A stretch of 59,592 nt of DNA, filler included, from Platydemus manokwari (Eukaryota): assembly GCA_037951405.1 (NCBI GenBank). It is 6 parts of 6 records of this genome, joined end to end, with 100 filler letters (N's around TTAATTAATTAA, not from the genome) between each part and the next. Parts side by side here need not be neighbours in the genome. Positions count along the whole stretch, not along the records: positions 49,828 to 59,592 come from JBBMOY011207876.1; 5 more parts are not named here. One strand, given 5' to 3'. How positions within the stretch are numbered: the first letter of the stretch is position 1; each line of letters begins with the position of its first letter. Below, one piece after another: positions 52,901 to 59,592 of the stretch. The position numbers were made by a program, and so were the translations under genes. Below the pieces are notes generated by a model. The model saw nothing but the letters and a program-made list of their open reading frames with translations, searched no databases and was not told the origin of the DNA.

Positions 52901-55900
52901 CATCTTCTTCAAATTTCCAAGAGTACTTATAAAAAATGGTCAGCTGAATTGCAAAAGAAAAATTCATTTTCTATTGATTATCGCAAAAGACATCATAATC
53001 TTTTCGTTCCATTTATAATCGTCAATGAATTAGGTTGTCCTATTAAATATAGAAAACTTCCTCTTAACAATCCACCAATGTATGATGAAATATGGAAAAA
53101 TAATATACTTCCAGACCCCAAAGATTGGATAACTGTAATGGATTCAACTCCAGCACACTTATTTTTTGATATGGAGACTACAGCTAGAGATAAAATTCGA
53201 TATGATAGTTTCGGATCTCATTTTAACACGAGTCATCGTATAGAATTAAAAATTGATGGATGGAAAAAATGTCAACCGATTACTGTTGATAAATTAGGAA
53301 TATTTTATCGACACTTACAGAATGACAATGAATGTGGAATGGATCTGATCAGTAATCATATTAGAATTGTCGTAGAAATTGTTCGACAAGGTTCAGTTCA
53401 AAATAAAATAATTATTAGATCATCATTACAATTAAAAAATAATCTCAATATATCTTTGGAGGTCAAAATTAGTGAAAAGGGATCTTTCCAGTGCAATAAT
53501 TTTATTCTCGATGCAAATGCAACAATTCCAATTCCTCTTTTTTCGGTGAAGCATGGCATTCAAATTAGACCTGTTACACCAGCTCGAGATCAACCTTTGT
53601 CTCCAACTAATATCAACTGCCTACTTTATTCACCATTAGATTTTAGTGAAAACCTTTTCAGTTGGTGTACTGTGAAAAAAATTGGTCAGAAAATTGAAGC
53701 CGAAATATGTTGTCAAATATCAAAAAGTAATGATTTTGTGTTGTGATATCCATTTCAAATAATCAAAAAATTAAGCTTTATTCGAAATATATTAATGAAA
53801 TATATAAAATTAATAAAAAATAATTCCTAACTTGAGATTATTTGAGTAGAAAAATAAATTGTTTTTCGTCGAAATATTTCCTTTCATTCATGTGTACAAT
53901 ATGAGAAAGGATATTTATATTTTATATATTGATTCAATTTATTGTTATTTCATTTGTTGCTAACCATTAGACAAATATTTTGCAAATGATACCCAACAAA
54001 ATACGATGTTATATTCATAATAATATTAAATTATAACTTACAATTATTAGGTTGGTGCCTAAATTCGTGCGGTTTTATTTGTTGCAAATAAAACACTCCG
54101 GCTTCTTGTTTTAATTGATTTCAGTTATATTCATTCAGCTGAAATATCTATTTAAATCATTTTAGACTAATTTTCACTTTCATTACCCTCGTTAAAATGG
54201 AGTATCAGGCACATAAAAATGAACATAATTGGTATCTATTCCTTTTCTATTTTAATCAACATTTAAACGCTGCAGAAGCCACCATCGAACCATCTTTCTG
54301 GTCTCATATTTGAAAACGAAGAGGCAATAACAACGTGGATTGAATAATTTTGCAACCAAAAATCACCAAGCTTCTTCTAACTTTGGATTGACAAACTGCC
54401 AGAAGGATTGAAGGAAGTTTGTGACGAAGAATATCTCACCGATTGAGACTGAGATATTTGTTTTTTCTAATGGTTTCATAAATTCATTTTGTGTATGGTT
54501 TTTATTCTCGATCAGTATGCAATTTTCAAAATTGTAAAAAAAACCGCACGAACGTAAATGCATTTTCCTAATAACAATTATAAAATAAGCATTTTTCGGA
54601 TATGAGTTTGATTTTAATTTCAAATTATACCGCATTAAAGGCTTTTAATCAATGTTTAAAATTACTCGTTGAAAATTCTTTGCTTTGATAACACTATATT
54701 AATAGACTATTTGCTATTATTATTAAAATTATTTTAAACAATTAAACAGATTAACTATAATATATAATCAAATTTAGATTTTGCTACAGAAAAGAACAAA
54801 GTTTATCTTATCTGCAGTGTTGAAAGGCTGAATTTTCCATTGAAACCTAAATTATTGCCTGGTCACATCGTTTCAATTAGTGCTCCATTTATTATTGAAA
54901 ACCGATTACCATGTGATTTGAGATTTGCTATGAAAACCCAATCGGGTGATGGTGATTCAATGATTACCAATGAAGGTCTTGTTCGACCGTCTTGTAAATG
55001 TACAGTATTAACGAGTAGTATGCGTCAATCATCGTATTTTTCTGTGTATCTCGACTCATTTCCTCGATGTGATCCTTTGTTAATTCATGGAAATACTAAA
55101 CTTTGCAATGTCGTATTAATTCGTCTCTATGATGATCAGAACCGTTTACTTGAATTAGAGGTTATTTTCATTTTTATTTCATTACCATAGATTTTAATAA
55201 AATATAAAATTCAAAAAGAATTTTAAAAAATCGACTTACGAACATCTATTCTGGAATTCATTGTAATATTTCAGTATTCATTTAAGTTTAATTCATTGCC
55301 TATTGATATTTGTTGATTATTATTATTATTAATATTATTATTTGGTTTATTTATTATCATAAATAATCGTAATACTTTTGTACTTTAATATATCTTCTGG
55401 TAAATTATATTCGATTTATTAAAAATATCATTTGTAGTACTTGAAACCAAATTTTATGTAATGCTACACATACTAGGTTAAGGTGGAATCTCGGCTATGT
55501 GGCCACGTTTCAATTATCATATCAGCTCTTTATTGGATTGTCAATCGTACTTCTTTACCGTTGGTGTATGCCCAATCTAGTGAAATAGAAACATTGGCAG
55601 CAGGACATATATCTGAAAATGAAGAAGCCAGCTCTTCGATGCCTTTCCCGTTTAATTTCCCTAATAAAAACGAAAGTTTCACTTTCCGTGTTCGATTAGG
55701 AAATAATTGCAAATTATCCAATTTGAATTGCCTTAAACCCATTTGGAGTGAAAAGGTATCTTTAGAGAAATTAGGAACGACAACAATTCAATTGCGTGCC
55801 GCATCTCACGATCAGAGTAGACCACAATTACTATTTAATATTGGATTGGAAATCAGACCGGGTAGAGGTAAACATAGTTGTACAAAAATGGTCATTTTAA

Positions 55901-58900
55901 CGGCTCGATACTTACTGGATAACAGAAGCTCATATCCATTATATTTTTTTCAATACCATTGTAATTTTGATCAAAGTAAGTTAATTAAATTATTAATTAA
56001 TTAATTCTAATTAGTTAGCTTTGTATTATTATAGAAAATAAAATTAATTTGTAATTCAAAAATAACTTTTAAATAATTTTTCAAACAAAGATAATCTAGA
56101 GGAAAGTAAATCCGAAATATTGTGGTTAATCGAAAATAAAAAGTTTTAATTTGGTACTTTCCTTGAAATTTATTGATTATTTGAAAATATATTTTATCAT
56201 TGATCAAGTCACAAATATTATAATTATATTTGGCATTAATACCAATCGATTGTGTGATATTTGATAATAAGTGTGTTGAAATTTCTAAATAGAAGGAAAT
56301 TTACAGTTGAGTTATATTATTATCATTATTATTGACACTATAATCTCCAAACATTATCATTGAAAATTAACGAATTTGTAACAACTAATTACTTAACACG
56401 GCACTTTTCAATTCTAATGTCCTAGAAAGAACATAATGAGTTTCTTAGATATTGATCCATTTATATGGTAACATATTCGGATTGAATTATTTTTAATGAT
56501 TTTTGAATCTATTACCAAAATATAACACAATTTGAGATCTTATGGCCCATAAAATTAGCATCATAAGCTATGTTTTAATTATCGATTCATTTCTATTATC
56601 ATTTCAATATTTTACTTTATTAAATGGTTTTATTATTTCACTTTATCTATTTGTATTTATGTTTATGTTATTATTATTATTGTTATTATTACAATACTGT
56701 TGTGAATAAAATGACGGGAACAATAATTAAATCAACTGATATGTTATTGCAATGAGATTCTATAAAATACAAAATGGACATAAATGTTTCCAAAAATATC
56801 TATGGCACTTAAGAGTTTAACTCGACCACCCATATTTTCATTGTTTTTGTAATTGAACTAATTTTCGATTTCATTCTTTTGTTGTATGTGTTATCTTTAT
56901 CAGGCAAACAGTTATTTGAATCATTTGAAAAATATTGATTTATTTGCGATAATAACAAGATTAATTACGTCTCCTAATCTATATAGTTCCATAACAATTG
57001 TATTCAATAGAAATTATTACGTTTGTAAATTTAAAATTTGATAGATTCACCAATTATGGCATTACCTGATTCATTTCTCACATTTCATTGGCCTCGAGAT
57101 GATTTGGATCAACTTTTAGCCGTCCAAAAGCTGGATTTAAACAATCAAGTGATTTCCAAAATTTCAGGAGGCTTTCAGATAGATCAGTGCAATTCTTTTC
57201 ATATATATTTAAGGTATGCTTAAAACATAGTTTTATATAACGTTTTGTTCCATATGGTTTCAGAGGAACTAACAACCACCCACCCAGTCAATTACGTGTC
57301 ACTGTCAGTCTACAAGGCGCTCGTTATAGAGTTGTTTTTACAGATGTAGATGATTTACCGTCTCCTTATAAGCTGGATAACCAAACAAATTTACAAGTAT
57401 TCTTTTATCAGATCGTACATGAATTGAGTTGTCCCAAACATTCCGTTCTCCCTCCAAAAAGTTCACTTAGTTATGCCCTTGATGAACCTACACTCCCATC
57501 AATTATCAATGTTCGCATTGAGGTAATGAATTATTTTGTATGGAAATGATTTAATTCATATTATAGTTTTCAAAAAAATTAATTTTCTCTATAATTTTTT
57601 TACATGAATTGTGTAATATTTTTTCTATAATTAGAATCAACCAATCAGAGTTTAGGAATTATGTCATCTGATTGTAAAACAGTTGTCAAGGTAGTCTGTA
57701 GTGTAGATAGTCAGAATTGGGTGTAATAATATTATCAGTGCGTCATCAAAACTGGTGGTTTATTCATTTAAAGTACATTTGTAGAAAAATAACTGAAAAC
57801 CTTATGTGAAGTCATTAGATTAGATTTTGATATGTATTGTAACTCATCATTCAGAAAAGGTCATACATGTTTCGACACTTCAATGGATTATGATTCACTT
57901 AGATTTAAAATATAAAAAAGTAATGCGATGAATATTTTTCATGATTTAAAGTAATAGAGTATAAATATTTATCAATCCCTACATAATATGTTAATGTTAC
58001 TTCACCATAAAACACATCGTATATGTAGTATCCATTGCGCTTATTCAATGTAATTTCAATAAATTATATTTTTTATTAAATTTTTTACATTTAAATTAGA
58101 ATTTTATAATATGAATAATTTAAATATTTTACTTTCAACTTTTCCTGTCCTAATTGCTATAACAATCTTTTTGTAATATTTTGTGGAGTGTTCCGATAAG
58201 AACGCTGAATATAATAAAATGAATAAATCATTGGTTTTTATTACCTTTAATTGCTTTATAACTCTATGCAACCATACAATCTATCTTGATACCTTAACCC
58301 CTAGCATCATAAGTGTCAGTAGAACCATTGTAAGTATTTTGAATGTTACCCAGAGTCTGAGCGTCGCCTCATTCTAAACATTTTGAATTCTTTAATTTGG
58401 GATATGCAAAGTATATTTATGAAGACAATTCAGGAAGTTGAAAAAGAATATTTGACTTGACAGAATCATAATTGGAATAAAATTGGATAAAATTCATCAC
58501 AAACTTGATAGATTAGTGACTGGGAGAAAAACAGTTCAGGAGATATATACTGGATATAGTTCTATTGTTTGAGTTAGTAAAAACTTGATTTTTGCCGATT
58601 GTCCTAATCCTGATGTTTCATACTTCCAAGGCAACATATATACCTTACGATGATGTGAGACTATTTATTATTTCGAGAAAATCTCTTAGTACGATTTTAT
58701 AGGAAAATAATGAGCAATTTCAATATTAATTCTGAAATAAGTTATTTGTAAAACAAATTTTCTAAATCTAAAGATAATAAAAGAAAATGTCAAAACAAAT
58801 ATAATTTCAATAAATTACCCTATTAAAATTATTACGTTGTGATTTTGCATGAGTATATAATGTCGCGATTTTCACATAGCCTCGTGGAAATGTGATATGG

Positions 58901-59417
58901 TTTACCTTGCTATTTTACTACAGATTTGTAAGCACTGCTTTTATATTATCAAATCTCATTAATTGAATTAATGTAGACTCTTTAATATTAATTATATTTT
59001 AATATTCAGGGTGGTACACAAGCCACTTACGATATCAATACTGTTGGATCCGGACAAAATCTTTATTACGATAATTTTCTCTATATTGTGATTAATAATA
59101 ATTTTGATCTGGAAAACGATGCTCCTTTGGTGTTTGATGTACTTCAAAATAACAAAAAAGTATTCCTCAATAAAAAATGTACAGTTGCAAGATCTCAATT
59201 GTGGTACTATTCTCCAAATGGTGAGTTGTTTCATGAGGGATCCATCGCACCACATGATCCAAAACAAAAGCTTGATCGATCAGCAGAAAATCATTTATTA
59301 CTCGACGTTGATATTTTAGCTCCTTGCCCATCAAGTGAACACAAGCGAATGTATCGTATGATTCTTGCTAAAGCGGATCCCAGACGAGATAAATATCAAA
59401 AGTGGTTTTTTGAGAGG
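49906..59417 (+). CDS. VPS13D: Vacuolar protein sorting 13D (bridge-like lipid transfer protein), internal part, 5'- and 3'-partial
   Basis: Exons 49906-50781, 51159-51939, 52533-53726, 54778-55160, 55477-55975, 57045-57213, 57264-57522, 59010-59417 are phase-consistent. VPS13D-type motifs: APLLLLP...LVIDLG, CLIDDCIDADVPL, GWTPVIEPW, IIIRSSLQLKN, PGHIVSISAP...NRLPCDL, YWIVNRTSLPL, FHWPRDDLDQLL, YALDEPTLP, LYYDNFLYI and ricin-type RSQLWYYSPNGELFHEGS. Confidence 0.93.
54047..54571 (+). mobile_element. Non-autonomous mariner (cecropia/Hsmar1-like) in a VPS13D intron
   Basis: TA-flanked TIRs ttaggttggtgcctaaattcgtgcggtttt and aaaccgcacgaacgtaaatgcattttcctaa; N-terminus MEYQAHKNEH...FNQHLNAAEA (ATG 54197) fused to C-terminus SNHLSGLIFENEEAITTWIE; same family as 37955-38535. 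Confidence 0.88.
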
Positions 59418-59592
59418 GTAAGATATTTTCTTATTTTAATTATTTAATTAACTTTATTTATTTTATGTAATAATTTGGTCAATTATTAATGGGAAAATCT
59501 TTAAATTAATATTAAACCTCTGAAATCAATGTAACATTTATAATTGTTTATGTTATTAAATATCATAATAGTATATTTGCTTTTAAATAACA

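Overview
Very AT-rich eukaryotic (animal) genomic DNA with short GT-AG spliceosomal introns (many 42-70 nt). It is probably a free-living flatworm such as a planarian; this is an inference from base composition, intron size and the transposon families present. The window is six contigs joined by five artificial 100-bp spacers (Ns around TTAATTAATTAA). Recognisable genes: the 3' part of SLMAP (+, 178-6060, two candidate alternative terminal exons), a complete compact CHTOP/Fop homologue (-, 46084-46721) and an internal part of VPS13D (+, 49906-59417, with no UBA domain visible). A decayed NeSL/R2-type non-LTR retrotransposon (9334-12312) abuts what looks like a 554-bp satellite. Read on the minus strand, that 'satellite' is an array of 12 stop-free, phase-0, AG/GT-bounded exons (111 or 126 nt) encoding a ~479-aa repeat protein that I do not recognise and that the ORF track misses entirely. 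This is the most novel-looking element here. The remainder is mostly transposon debris (three mariner relics, pogo, Merlin, LINE fragments), microsatellites and one candidate small-protein gene (33002-33190). All gene models were built by eye and no database searches were run.
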